Assembly (NCBI RefSeq): GCF_018350175.1
Contig: NC_058383.1
Span: 17,734,001-17,798,000 of the forward strand
Reading direction: 5' to 3'
Source: Felis catus
Lineage: Eukaryota
DNA: 64,000 nt
In this document: piece by piece, positions 30,460 through 47,210 of the stretch
How positions within the stretch are numbered: the stretch's first letter is position 1
How the letters are laid out: every line of letters starts with the position of its first letter
Notes under the pieces: model-generated
The model's input: only the letters and a program-made list of their open reading frames with translations
The model's database searches: none
What the model was told of the DNA's origin: nothing
Translations under genes and position numbers: made by a program

Positions 30460-33400
30460 GCACACGGATTTCGGATTCCGTCGCTCTGTAGATGCAAGGA
30501 TATCTTGAGTGGGAAGTCCGCCGTCCTCCAGCAGCCCGGTTGAAATCGAAGCGGCGCGGGCAGGAGCTAACCCCGAGCTCCTCCTGGGTTCCCTCCAGTT
30601 CTGGCCGCTGCACTGCCAGTGAGGGCAGCCACACGCTCCCTTTTCCTCCAGGCGCCGCGGTTACCAGCCCCACCAGGATCCTGAGCGGCGCCGAGGCAGG
30701 TCACTCCACGCAAGCGCCATCCAAACCTCCCCGCCCTCACCCCCATCCCGAGGCCCAATCACCGCGCTGCTCGTTTCGGCGTGCTACTGGAAATGGCCCA
30801 CCTACCAGCGCGATCGTGGGGCCGCCCGCAGCTCCGGCGGGGCCGGGAGCCCAGTGCCCCAGTGCCCAGGGCAGCGAGGAGCCTGGAGCGCGAGTCGTGT
30901 TCGATTCAGAGGGTGAACTTGACCTAGCGAGGAAAGGCCATCCCACGGCTCTGGGGGAAATGGCTGTGAAGCTGGCGTCGCCGGGTTTCCTCTGGGACTT
31001 TCTCAGGAAACGGATCCAAAACGAGGGGCTCATAAACTTAAGGGGAGGCCCGGGGCCCTGAGTGGGGAGGATCCGTGGGCGGGAAGGAGGCGTCCCGGGA
31101 GCGCTGCCCCAGGCCGATGTGGGTCGGCAGACTGCCCTGGCCCTACATATCTACCCCCTTCAAAAACTGCCATACTTTTTAAGTGGGGGCGGGGGTGTAC
31201 AAAACAAAACAAAAAGTGTAACAGTGGTATAGCTTAAAGCGCATTTAGCATAAGCTTTTAACACAAAAGCCCACTGCAATCGGGTCGCCTGCCTGGCTCA
31301 GGCAGTTAAGTGTCTGACTCCCGGTTTCTGCTCAGGACCGGGATCGAGCCCAGCATTCGGCTCTGCACTCACTGACAGTGCAGACCCTGCTTGGGATTCT
31401 TCTCTCTCTCCCTCTCTTTCTGCCTCTCCCCTGTTCATGCTCTCTCTCTCTCTCTCTCTCAAAATAAATAAATTTTTTTAAAAAATACACTGCAATGTAA
31501 TTGTGCTTCACAAAATAACTCTATGAGAAAAATAATACATAAGATCAAGGTAAGGTAAGGCCCAGTAATGGTCTCTGGGTCCAGACTACTTGTTTGAAGA
31601 TAAAAGTTTACATTTCAGAGTTTCCTGGAAGTAAGGCCTGGGACCAAAGACTCAGGCCCCTCACTCCCCCTAGGCCATGTTTCTGAGGCTCTAAAGCTGT
31701 GGGTCACAGAGGCAGCATATTCAGTATCTCCAAGTGGTTAACTACTTGGGGACTGATGTCAGACAGACTTGAATACTGATCCTGATTCTTTCTCTTACAT
31801 GTGGTGTGGGCTTGGGCAAACCACTTGATTTTTCTGAACGTCCAGTTTTTTAAACGTTAAAATGGTTCCAATAACGCCTAGCTGAGGACTCACAGTAGTT
31901 GTACACACACACACACCCCACACACGCTTCCTTTGGGACTCCTATACCACTCTGACTCATTTATTCTTTCCTAGGATCTGAGAGAACTTCTGTTTCTTGG
32001 GTGGGACAAAAAATTGAGGTCTGTGGTCCTCTGAAGAGATCCCAAAGATAAGGCACGTCCCAGAGAAGTCAGTCTGTTGAGTTGAGGGGGTCAGTGTATG
32101 CCTGAAGTCAGACTTCTTGGAAAGCCTCAAGGATCCATTCCTCACAAAGTTCTCCCTCTAAAGGCACTTATCTAGTGCAATTTCAGTACCTTTTCTAGGT
32201 TAGTTCTATTTTCTCAGATTCCAAGTGGTGCCAGACTGCTCCTAGATTTGGGGAATATAACAATAAGTTTGTAAAAATAACCCTTGACTATTCTTTCTCT
32301 ACACATCTTTTCTCCAGTGAGTTTTATATAGAGAGAGGGTCCTGAGGTGGAACTAAGGGAGATAAATAAATTTGGTTCAGCACTTACCGAACTCAGGTCC
32401 TGAACTCCAGTGTTCTTAAAAAGGATCTTTAATTACATTATCTCATTTAATCTTCACAACATCCCTAAGAAAAAAAGAAATGATTATCCCCATTTAACAG
32501 GTAAGAAAACTAAGGCAGAGAAGTTGGGCCCCTTGCTAATGGGGGGGGGGGCAGAGGATCAGAGTGCTTTATAAATGGGAATTTGCAAGGAAATATGAAC
32601 TCTTTGGAAGGGGTACCAACAAAGAGTTGGGAGCTCAGAGTTCATTTTCTTTGGTTGGGGTGGGAGAGTTGTATAAGGTCAGTCGATGTACATGATCACT
32701 TCAAGGTGAAGATCAGAATTTTAGTATGCCACTCATTAAAAGAGGTTAAGATCTAGTAGTTGGGTTTTTTTTGTTTGTTTGTTTTTGTTTTGTTTTGTTT
32801 TAAGTTTTCCAGCTACACGTTTCTGAATACTCATGTGTTACCAATCTTGGGCCTTTAGAAAGGTAAAATGTAAAGGATGTTGAAGTAGTTTCTCTATAGG
32901 GTGAGGATCTCGGGACGCTTGTTTTTTCCTGAGCTAGTCCTAGAGGCTCCCTATAAGGTTCCTGTTATTGAAAAGGAGAGTTGGGGCGACTCTACCTTCA
33001 CACGTGGCGAATAATGCCCCATCTGAGGCATTCTCTCAATCCTCACTGGTGAGGGATTAATGATCCCAGATTTCCATAGGACTATGAGCCAGCTGTGGGG
33101 ACTTGGGACACCTCTCTCAATCAACTGTCCAGGGGAGCTCTGAGTCAAGTCTTTGAATTTGCCCACTGCCCTCATCCTCACCCTCATGGACCAAAAGTGG
33201 CTACAGCCTAAGTTCTGAGATTCTCCCTATTTTCCAGCAGAAAACAAGAAGTGGTAGATGCAGAAGGAAGGGACCAAAAGCAAGACACTTTGGGGAGATA
33301 GAAATATCAGTGCCAGAGCAGATGCCTCACCTTGACACTGAGGACCATGGGCTGGCACTCATGATGCCCTGATATCTTTGGACCTAAAGTCTGTGTCCTG

Positions 33401-33600
33401 GTCTGTGTTACCCCCCCCCCCCCCCCACTGCAAACCCTGGAATCAGGTATGTTACCTTGACTGTAACCGGGCCTTCCGGAAACTCTCTACCTTGGATTTG
33501 CACCAAGGTGCATGGCCTTGCCTGTTTCCTGAGTGTGACTGTTGCTTCTCTAGGGCCTAGAAACTGATTAGCACAGAAGCAGCACCCAGGAGTATGTCAC
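30460..33600 (+). pseudogene. Heavily decayed KRAB-ZNF relic (unit 1)
   Basis: The CpG island exon ends GGGAGGCCCGG, versus GTGAGGCCCGG at paralog donors. Acceptor ttctttcctag at ~31974 is followed by VSWVGQKIEVCGP (KRAB-B-like). Acceptor cag|AAAACAAGAAG at 33240 resembles paralog exon-3 starts. Finger relics CYLDCNRAFRKLSTLDLHQ and PECDCCFSRA* at ~33450-33560. Confidence 0.65.
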
Positions 33601-34949
33601 TACTTGTGCGGGGGCCCTTCTCAGCTCTTACAAGGACATACCGGAATGAGTAAGTGGGAAATGACTTCACACCTTTCCTAAAGGCCTGAAGTGTTGTTCT
33701 AGCTACTAGCTCTGATTAAGCATCGGCAGAATCACCCTCAGTAGTTGAAAAAAATCCAGATGAAGAAGTAGCAAAAGGACCCAGGGTGCCTGGGTGGTTC
33801 AGTCGGTGAGGCCTCTGACTCTTGATTCAGCTCAGGTCGTGATCTCATGATCTCACGGTTCGTGAGTACCAGCCCTGTACCGGGTGCCACTCTGACACTG
33901 CGGAGGCTGCTTGGGATTCTCTCTCTTCCCCTCCTGAGATCCTTTGATATTTTTGAACAATGCTGTGCTTAGAAATAGCTGTGTAGCACCATGGTTATGA
34001 TAAATGGGCTTCAAAGTTGGATACCTTGGATTCTAATGCTGGCTGCTTAATTTAGCTGTGTTACAGAGGGTAACTGAGTTTGAGCACCCCCATTCGGAAA
34101 GTGAAATGATCAGCCTCATTAGGGTTGTTTCTTGATGATTAAATGAGCTAATGGTTTTGAAGTGTTTTGCAGTTCCTGGCACATTGTGTGGGTTGTTGTT
34201 TTTGTACTTACACTACAGTTTTTAGATGGTTAGGAACAACAAAGAATAAGATTCTGACTTTGGCCGCTCAGCCTTCAGAGCGGTGGATAAAAGGGAAGAG
34301 GGCACTTCTGTAAGTCACTGGAGCCCAGCTGGTGGCCAGGACTTCTATCCCAGGAGTGTGTGTGAACTGCTCAAGGGTGGAGATGGCTCCGAAGAGAAAG
34401 CTCTAGTGTTAGGTCAGCAGAAAGAACACTGGACTAAGGAGCAGTAGCCAGTCTCAATGTTTTTATTCTTTTTGATTTTAATGTTTAAATGTTTATTTTT
34501 AAGACAGAGACAGCCAGACAGACCGTGAGCGGGAGAGGGGCAGAGAGAGGGCAAATCCGAATGGGGCTCCAGGCTCTGAGCTGTCAGCACAGAGCCTGGC
34601 TTGGGGCTGAACTCACCATCTGTGAGATCATGACCCGAGCCGAAGTCAGATGCTTAACCGACTGAGCCACCCAGGCGCCCTTCAATGTTCTTATTCTTAA
34701 ACAGGGGCCACAGTCCCTACCCTCACAAGGAGTGTTGCTCAATTAGATGATTCACAAGAAGGCTGTTGCACACGTGGGACAATGAAGAAATTCCATAAAT
34801 ATGCTTAGCTCCCTAGAACTGGCTTCATTTTTGCAGCCAGGAAGCACTCCCGGAGGCCTGTGGGCCAGCGGAACAGAGGTGGAATGCTCAGAGGACGCTG
34901 ATCAATGCGGGCTCCCTACACACAACCTCCTCCAGACACCTGGTAGTAC

Positions 34950-35622
34950 GCGTGTGGCGTTACCTAGCAACAGCGTTCTAGAGTCTGGCCCCAGGGACCA
35001 ACCAGAGCAGACCTAGTATTTCACTAGGTCCAATCACTGGGCGCCGCCAGAAGGCGCGTCCTCTAGCCAATCTCCGCCGGCGCCTAGAGGGCTTAGGAAT
35101 TTCAAGGGCCGCAGCTGAGCGTTTGGAGCTGACTCTTAAATGAATAAGGTCAACCGAAACGAGTAACAACTTTCCGAGTGCATCTGAATGACCGTTGTGA
35201 AGGCAGGTCGCCATATTCTCTTGGGGGCATTTTCCTGTACCGTTGTCCACTCTGAGTACCAGAGTGACCCACGACGCCGTGATTCCTCTGTTCCGACCGC
35301 AGCTTGGCCCCCATGCGAAGCCGGATCCGGGCCAGCTCCGACGCTGGGCCCAGCGCAGCAGGGTCTCCTCAGCTCGGAAAAGACAGTGGACCTGGGGTTG
35401 GAGCTTCCAGGGTCTGGGGACTGGAAAAGTCCAAAGCACCCCCTGCATCCCCGCTCCCCATGCGGAGCCCAGAGCCTGGACCCGAGCCGAGGAAGCCGGG
35501 CGCCGTCAAGCCTCGCCGCGGTCGTGGTGTATTTTTTCTCGGGGGAGGGTGGAGAATCTGAGGCTCAGAAGGCCTTGAACTAGATGTGATGCCAGAGACC
35601 TACGGCCACCTGGGGGCGCTCA
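34950..35622 (+). pseudogene. Solo promoter plus frameshifted KRAB-A exon relic (unit 2)
   Basis: [38 protein letters not shown] at ~35490-35622, splice donor lost. CCAAT at 35030 and 35067. The downstream region is filled with L1 and SINE pieces. Confidence 0.88.
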
Positions 35623-35879
35623 CTTTGCCCATTTTTGCACACCCCTTTATTAATTTTTCACAATGTGTCTAAACCAGTCCTTGGGCGAGAGCTGCAGACG
35701 CAGACACCACTCAGACAGTGCAAAATGCCTAGAGCGGCTGGGGGACAGAGGGCAAAATGACGAGTATTGGGCTGAGGCTTACCGAGGGATTATTCTAGAA
35801 TGCCTCCTGGAAGCCTTGAGGGTTTTTTATTTTAAAAAATAATTTACCTTTCCTTGTCTAAGGCTACAACGTAGTTGCT

Positions 35880-36539
35880 TTTTAAAAACAGCTTTATTAA
35901 GATGAGATATAATTCACACATCATAAACTTCATCCCTTGAAAAGTATACAATTCAGTGATTTTTAGTATATTTAGAAAGTTGTACAACCATCACCACAAT
36001 CTAACTCCAGAACATTTTCATCACCCCAGAAAGAAACCCTTTAGCCATCACGACCCCATTCTCTCCTCCTTCAGCCCCTGGAAACCACTAATCTACTTTT
36101 GTCTGTTGAGTTCCCTGTTTCAGACATTTCATATCATTGGAATCATAAGATATGTGGTCTTTTGTGTCTGGCTTTTTTCACATGGCATAATGTTTTGAAG
36201 GTTCATCCATATTGTAACATGAATCATTATTTTTAAAACATTTTTTTAAAGTTTATTTATTTAGGGGCGCCTGGGTGGCTCAGTCGGTTGAGCGGCCGAC
36301 TTCAGCTCAGGTCATGATCTCTCGGTTCGTGGGTTCGAGCCCCACGTCGGGCTCTGTGCTGACAGCTCAGAGCCTGGAGCCTGTTTTGGTTTCTGTGTGT
36401 GTCTCTCTCTGCCCCTAACCCACTCGCATTCTGTCTCTGTGTCTCTCAAAAATAAATAAACATTAAAAAAATTGTTTAATGTTTATTTATTTTGAAAGAG
36501 AGAGAGATGGAGAGTGTGAGCAGGGGAGGGGCAGAGACA

Positions 36540-36585
<46 letters not shown>

Positions 36586-38925
36586 CCCAAGCAGGCTCTG
36601 CACTGTCAGCAGAGAGCTGGACTCCGGGCTCAAACTCACAAACCGTGAGTTCATGACCTGAGTGGAAATGAAGAGTCAGACACTTAACTGACTGAGCCAC
36701 CCAGGCACCCCATTTTTAAAACATTTTGAATAGATTTTATTTTTTAGATTTTTATTTTAATTTAGGGTTAAGCTGACAGCGCAGAGAGTTCCCATATCCC
36801 TTTACCCTCTATCCCGGCCTCCCTACTATCAGCATCCCAGACCAGATTCGTACATTTGTTATAATCTATGAATCGACATTGATATATCATTATCACCCAA
36901 AGCCCATAGTTTACATTAGGGTTCATTTTGATTTACATTCTATGAGTTTTGGCAGATGCATAATGCTATGTATCCACCATTATTATAGAATCATTACCCT
37001 AAAAATCCTCTGTGTTCCTCCTGTTTGTTCCTTCTCCCCAAACCCTGGCAACCACTGATCTTTCTATTGTCTCCATGGTTTTGCCTTTTCCAGAATGTAA
37101 TATAGTTGGAATCATACAGTATATAGCTTTTTCAGATTGCCTTCTTTCTCTTAGTAATATGTGTTTAAGGTTACTACATGTCTTTTCATGGCTTAATGGC
37201 CCATGTCTCTTTAGTGCCAATATTTCACTGTATGAATGTACCACAGGTCATTTATCCACTCACCTACTAAAAGCAACCTTGGTTGCTTCCAAGATTTGGC
37301 AATTATGAAATAAAGTCGCTATAAGCATCTGTGTGCAGGTTTTTGTGTGGACATGATTTATCAACTTATTTAGGCAGATACCAAGGAGCATAATTGCTGA
37401 ATCATATGCTTAGTGTATGTTTAGTTTTGTGAGAAATTGACAATATTCATTCATTCATTCATTCATTCATTCATTCATTCAACACTGGGCCCAAACTCAC
37501 GACCCTGAGATCAAGACCTGAGCTGAGATCGAGTTGGACACTTAACCGACTGAGCCACCCAGGCACTCCATAGGAATTGACAATCTTCTAAAATGGCTGC
37601 ACTGATGGCTTCTTTTTTCTTTGTCAAGGTATGCTCTACACCCAGTGTGGGGTTTGAACTCACGACCCCAAGATCAAGAATCATATGCTCTATCAACTGA
37701 CACAGCCAGTTGCCCCAGTACTAATGGCTTTTTAAATGAATTCCTCAAGAATTTGTATATCATGTCATCTACAGATAGCAGTAGTGTTACATCTTTCTAA
37801 CCTGGATGTTTTATTTCATTTTCTTGCATAATCGTTCTGGCTAGAACAGTACAATGTAGTCAAATAGAAGTGATGAAAATAATAATGGTGAGGAGAATAG
37901 AATAGAAGTGGCCAGAGTGGCAAGAGCCTTGTTCCTGATCTTATGAGGAAAGTATTCAGTCAACAGGTTGAGGACATTCACTTTTATTTTTAGTTTTTGA
38001 GTGTTTTTTATCATGAAGGGATGTTGGATTTTATCAAGTGCTTTTTGCACTTCTGTTAAGATGATCATGGGGTGTTTGTCTTTATTTTACTGATATATGA
38101 TGTATTAATTGCTTTTCAGATATTAAACCAACTTTACATTCCTGGGTTAATCCTGTCCAATCATAGTATATACTTTTTTTTATGTTGCTGGGTTTGGTCT
38201 GCTTGTATATTTGGTCAAGTATTTTTGGTTTTATTTGTGGTAAAATACACACTGCATAAAATTTACCACCTTAACCATTTTTTTAAGTGTACACCCGCAT
38301 TGTTGGGCAACCAATCTCCAGACCTTTCTCATCTTGCAAAACTGAAACTCTATACTCATTAAACAACTCCCGCTATCCCTCTCTCCTCAGCCAGCGGCAA
38401 TCACTCAACCACAACCCCACCTCTGCTTCTATGACTTTGACTGCTTTAGATACCTCATATAAATGGAATCATTCAGTACCTTTTTGTGACTGGCTTATTT
38501 CACTTAATATAATGTCCTCAAGTTTAATCCAAGTTGTAGCATGTGTCTGAATTTCCTTCCTTTTTAAGCTGGATAATATTCCATTGCATGTATCCACCAT
38601 ATTTTGTTTATCCATTCATCAATCAACAGACACTTGGGTTACTTCCATCTCTTAACTATTGTGAATAATACTGCTATAAACATGTGTATACAAATGTCTC
38701 TTCGAGGCCATGCTTTGAATTCTTGGGGGTATATACCGAAAGTGGAAAAACTACTTTTAATTTCTTTAAAACCCATCATACAGTTTTCCATAGGGGCTGC
38801 ACCATTTTACATTTCCACCGACAGTGCATAGGATCCCAATTACTCCACATCCTCACCAACACTTGTTCTTTTCTTTTTCTTCTTCTTCTTTTTTTTTTTT
38901 ATAGTAGGCATCCTAATGGTTTTGA
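35880..38925 (-). mobile_element. Cluster of old LINE-1 fragments with nested CAN-SINEs
   Basis: L1M-type 3'UTR text. ORF2 RT remnant KALDKIQHPFMIK near 38000-38040. SINEs at ~36263-36712 and ~37480-37718. Confidence 0.8.
37445..37481. repeat. (TTCA)n microsatellite
   Basis: About 9 units at a SINE tail. Confidence 0.9.
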
Positions 38926-39469
38926 GAACACAGCTTTTTTTTTTTTTAATATTGAACAGTTTTCTCTAATAATCCCTGTTTTAAACAACTGCTTTTAATA
39001 TAATTTCTCTAGTTCTCCAGGTTTTAGACAATTGGGAGCTATTTGCCTTTTTTCTTCCTTTCTTCTTCCTAATTCATTCACAATATCTCTTTTTTTCTGT
39101 GCTCAACTCAGGTGAAAGAGTGTCTTATGATTCCCTGGAGTGTATCAGGGCTACCACTGTGGCTTTCTCATAGTAAATCCCGTATAAATCTTCACAGGCA
39201 AATACGTTGGAAAATGGGTGTCACCTGAGGTGAAATATGCAAGAGGCCTACTGCCCTGCTCTCAAATGCATATAGAAGACATACTAAGCTGGGAGTGAAG
39301 TCTTCAATGTATTATGATGTCTCTACTACCTCGGGACTGCTGGCTCCGATCTGAGGCTTTTCCGCCTCTAGAGGCGCCCAGACCTTTGTGTCTACCTCAC
39401 AAGGTTGTAAGCACCGCTACCTATATGTGTGTCTACCTCACAAGGTTGTAAGCACCGCTGAGCGCAAGC

Positions 39470-43001
<3,532 letters not shown>

Positions 43002-43614
43002 TGCGAGTGTCTGAGTTCAGCAGCGTGAACAAGCAAGTGTTTTAAGATTCTCCCTGATCAAGTGTTGGGAAGGAGGTGCACAGAGGGCATAGGAGGGGTA
43101 GGAGAGGGGAGGAAAAAGGAATCAATCAAAAAGGAGATAGTGGGGGCTGAGCCACATCTAGAGTCTGTGAGTGACCTGGAGCTGAGAGGGAGGACATCCA
43201 GAGGGAAGCACCATCCAGGAAAAGCATGAGTCTCCTCCAATCCACTCCCAGCACCAACTGCTGACCTCTGAGCTTTCAGCTCCCAGTTTTCCCTAACTCT
43301 AGAACTCAGGAGTTCAAATCTTAATTTGGACCAGAAGCCAAAATGGAAGAGGAGGATCATAGGCTTTCAGCCAGTTTATTCCATGTTCAACCTTGGTGCA
43401 TCTTGCGTCATCAACATCTTTCTATAAAATAAGTACATGAATCTGGCCCCCAAGGTGGTTGTGAGGATTAAATAACATATATTCAGTTAAAACTGTCTAG
43501 TACAATACTTTTTGCTGTATATATCCTCCCAAGCTTTGCAGGTAGAGTTGTTTGGATATTGTCTAATCATCCCTGCTGAAAACAACTCTTTCAATGTGAT
43601 TTTCGTAGCTTAAA

Positions 43615-43828
43615 AAAATTTTTTTTAAATGTTTATTTTCTTTTTTGAGAGAGATACAGGGCTCCAGTTGGGGAGGAGTAGAGAGAGAGGGAGATACAAA
43701 ATCTGAGGCAGGCTCCCTGCTCTGAGCTGTCAGCACAGAGCCCTACCACGGGCTTGAATTCACCAGCTGGGAGATCATGACCTGAGCCTAAGTCAGGTGG
43801 TTAACCGACTGAGCCATCCAGGCGCCCC
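43615..43828 (-). mobile_element. CAN-SINE (SINEC_Fc-like)
   Basis: Typical body, with a TCGTAGCT duplication on both sides. Confidence 0.9.
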
Positions 43829-43904
43829 TCGTAGCTCTTTTCTATATTTCAGCAAGTTATAAACTATTAATGCCTTTGTTTTTCCCCCAAGTGATTCAAT
43901 GCTT

Positions 43905-46900
43905 ATTTTCTCTGTGCCCAACTCAGAAGTGAGAGACTGTCTCATAATTCCCTGGAGTATGTTAGAACTACCACACTGGCTTAGGCACCCATGCCTTTGC
44001 TTACATATTATGTGTCCCTCTCACGGGGTTGTAAGTACCGCTGAGAGCAATCACCCTTAGAGCCACCTCTTTCCAGTCCCCAGCATTATGTTCGGAGATG
44101 TCACGTTTAATCACATCAGACAGGAAGAGCTGCGGGGGCTCAAGGACTACATCGTGGGTCAAGCCCGGCGAAGACTCGAGAATCTGGAAGGCTGTAGACA
44201 GCAATGTAACCTCCGTGGCCGAGGAGGCTTTGTTTAGCTCCCTGCTCTGTACCAGGCTCCTGGAGCTGTGTTCCACGCAGGAGGCGTCAATGCACGTTTG
44301 AACGTCGTCCATATCTAGGTGCAAAGGAGTCAGGGAGCCCCAGCCGCAGACAGCGCTCTGGCCCGAGGCCCAGCCGGCCAGGGTGTGGGGGGCGGGGAGG
44401 AGGAGCGGTGCTGTGGGCCCGTTGTCCCTTCGCACGCGCGGCCTAGGACGGCGCCGGGCAGGTGTTCAACCAGCGCGATCCCCGGAGTCGTTGTGGCTCC
44501 AGGGAGAAGGCCGGCTCGCACGCTGCAGCCGGCTTCCCTCCAACGGAGTGATTCTCTGAGACCCAATCAGAACGCCGGCTCGTTGCTACCGGCCCCGCGC
44601 CACCCAATGACTGTGCACGGGAGGGAGAAGGGCGTGAAGTCCAGCGGCGCCATTATCATTGAGGGCGAAGGCTTCAAGGCTCTGGTGCGACGCACTGGGC
44701 TGTCTTCAGGGAAGTGATGCGGCTGACCCAGGACTGCCTACCTGGGCGCGATCGGAAAGTCCCAGCCCTCCCCTTGTCCCCCTTTTAGCGAAAAGAGGTA
44801 CTAGTAGGCTTCGGTCCGGACGCGTCTGAGTGTCTGTTGTTGGGGAGGGTCTTCAAAGGTAGGATTCAGGAGGCTGTAACTGCCCCTGCAGAGGAAGCCC
44901 ACTCTTTAGGCTTCATCCTCTCACCCAGTCCTCTGTCAGCCTCTTCTCCCCTGGGATTCGCAGGCCCCAAACCCGCCCTCATTTCCTGGAGATGAAAGTA
45001 GGAGGCGTGGAGCGTGGAGTCCAAGAAGGAGGGGGCAAGGCACTCAGGATCTGGGATAGGCGAGGAAAGTGGGGGCTGAGCTGGAAGTCAACCTCTCTTG
45101 GGAGGGAGCCAGGGTAGGCCCTTTCTTTCGGCAGCCACAGCTACACCGCACCCTTCTCTTTAAATACCCCAATTCATAAGAATCCGATGGACTTTCTCTT
45201 CTAAAGTTCTCTTTCCCAGACCGGGAGGCTTCCTTGTGTTCAAGGGTAGCCGGTCCCGTTGGTTCCAGTTGGGGGTTGGGGCGAGACAACAGTTGGGGAT
45301 TTAGGTTCTTTCGCCTTCTTTCTGCTGAGTGTTTAAGAGTATTGCTTCCAACAGAGCTTTCTTCAGTCATGGGAATGTTCTGTATCTGTGGTGACCAACA
45401 CAAAAGCCACCGGCCACATGTGTCTATTTAGCACTTGAAATGTGGCTAGTGTACCTGAGGAAGTGAAAATTTCATTTTAATTAACTTAAGCCTAGAGAAT
45501 ATGCATGATGTATTTCTGACTGGCCTTGGAAAGAGACCAGACATTCACTTCGGTTTCTTGGCCTGGCCTTGTTTCTCAGGGCATATCCTGCCTTTTGAAG
45601 CTGCCTAGAGCCCTCTATAGAATTGAAAGCCTTGCCACCTTTCATTGAGGATGCAAACAGGTGTTTTTGTGTGCTCAGACGGCACTGAGGTCTGTTTTTT
45701 GAGGAACGTTTCCACTGACGTGTCTGTATTTAAGGTCTTTCACTAGGGAGAGGTGCCGGCTTACCTCTGAAAAGAATTCAGCCCTTCCTTATGGGAACCC
45801 TCTATGGTTCTGGAAGCCTGGAGTGAGAAGGCATGGTACTTTTTCTGAAAACTAGAAACTTCTGCCTGAGGCAGGTGGGGGATCGCTGTGGAGGGGTGGG
45901 GGGTGGGGCGGGGATTCACACTTAGATCCTCCTGCCCTGAACGAACAGGCACTCCGTCTCCAGTGCTGCCCCACCAGTGGCGATTCAGAGCACCCCACAA
46001 TCTTTAGTTCCAATTCTCTTGTCTCTGCAGAGAGCAAGAGTAAAGAAAAGAAGGGGGAAATGGAGGTGAAGAAGCTTAAGGAGCCTGTGTGAGAGAGGCT
46101 GCCTGGTTAGGCAGCATGGCAGGAGTCCTTTGAAGAACCAGGGGCCCTGAACCAGGGGGTATGGCCAGATATCACCTCAGGGCTCCTGAACTATGGGACA
46201 ACAGTGCTGTTTGGCTCCGAAGAAACCCTACCCGAGTCTTGGCTGTCCTCTTGGCTGGACCTCTTGGTGTCCAGACACCAGCAGGCCGACTGTGCTGGCA
46301 GCCTTCCCTGTGACAGTGTGGATGCTGCTCTCTCAGTGCAAGAACCTGCCCCACCATCTGCCCGTCCACAGGTGAGACAGTCGTCTCCCCACCCCCCCCC
46401 CCACCCCCACCGCCGTGTGGCTGCTGCCTTTGAAAAAGTAGGGCCCTGGCCACCTACAGAAGGAAGAAGCTTTATGCAAGTCTGGACTGTGGGCAGCTCT
46501 TTGCCACCCCTCACTGTTAGACACGGACAGACCACTCCGGTGACTGTCCCCGTGTGTGTGGCTCCTGTGGTGTCCCCGTTTCCCGGAGGGCTCACCTGAT
46601 CTAGCACCAGCTGCTCCACATAGGGCACACCCGTGTCCTGACTGCACCCGCTGCCTCCACCCGGGGAAGCGCCCTGGGTGCCCATAAGTGCAGACATGTG
46701 GGCAGACTGGGGGTGCGACTTTGCATACCCGCCTCCCGGCCAACCACCTGCTTATGCACTTGAGTAAACACTGCTATACCATGGTCTATAGTGTGGTACT
46801 CACTTTTGCTCACCAAAAAAATTTGCTCCAGCACCAGCTTATCCACACGGGAAAGAAGCCCTCTGGTGCTGTGGCTGTAAGGCGGTGTTTCTGCCACAGG

Positions 46901-47210
46901 CTCCTTTGGCCGTTCACAGATGCCCACGCACACCCGGGGAAACCTTCCCCCTGCCCAGAATGTGGCATCTGCTTCCTGCACTCCTCCCTCCTGCTCAGCC
47001 ACAGGCACATCCACTCTCATGAGAGGCCCTTTCCCTGCACTGAATGTGGGAAAAGCTCCAAGAGGAAGCACGCCCAGAAAGCCCACCATGGAATCCATCA
47101 GGGATACACGGAAGGGCCAAGGTGTGGGAGCCCTGAGCCAGCCTCCTCCCTTGGGGATCAAGACCCTCAGTTCATGTCCACTATTGGATACATTCCAGGA
47201 GTGTGGGTGA
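43905..47210 (+). pseudogene. Unprocessed ZNF785-like pseudogene (unit 4), tandem paralog of unit 3
   Basis: Promoter copy at 44050-44670. Most of exon 1 is deleted, with a KRAB-A remnant at 44700-44755 and no donor. The exon-2 acceptor is AG>GG at ~44953. Exon-3 acceptor at 46030. Frameshifted fingers; the last ones read SPCPECGICFLHSSLLLSHRHIHSHERPFPCTECGK. Ends FQECG* at 47210. Confidence 0.9.
45350..45490. mobile_element. MER3-like hAT MITE
   Basis: GGAATGTTCTGTATCTG..GCCACATGTGTCTATTTAGCACTTGAAATGTGGCTAGT. Confidence 0.65.
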
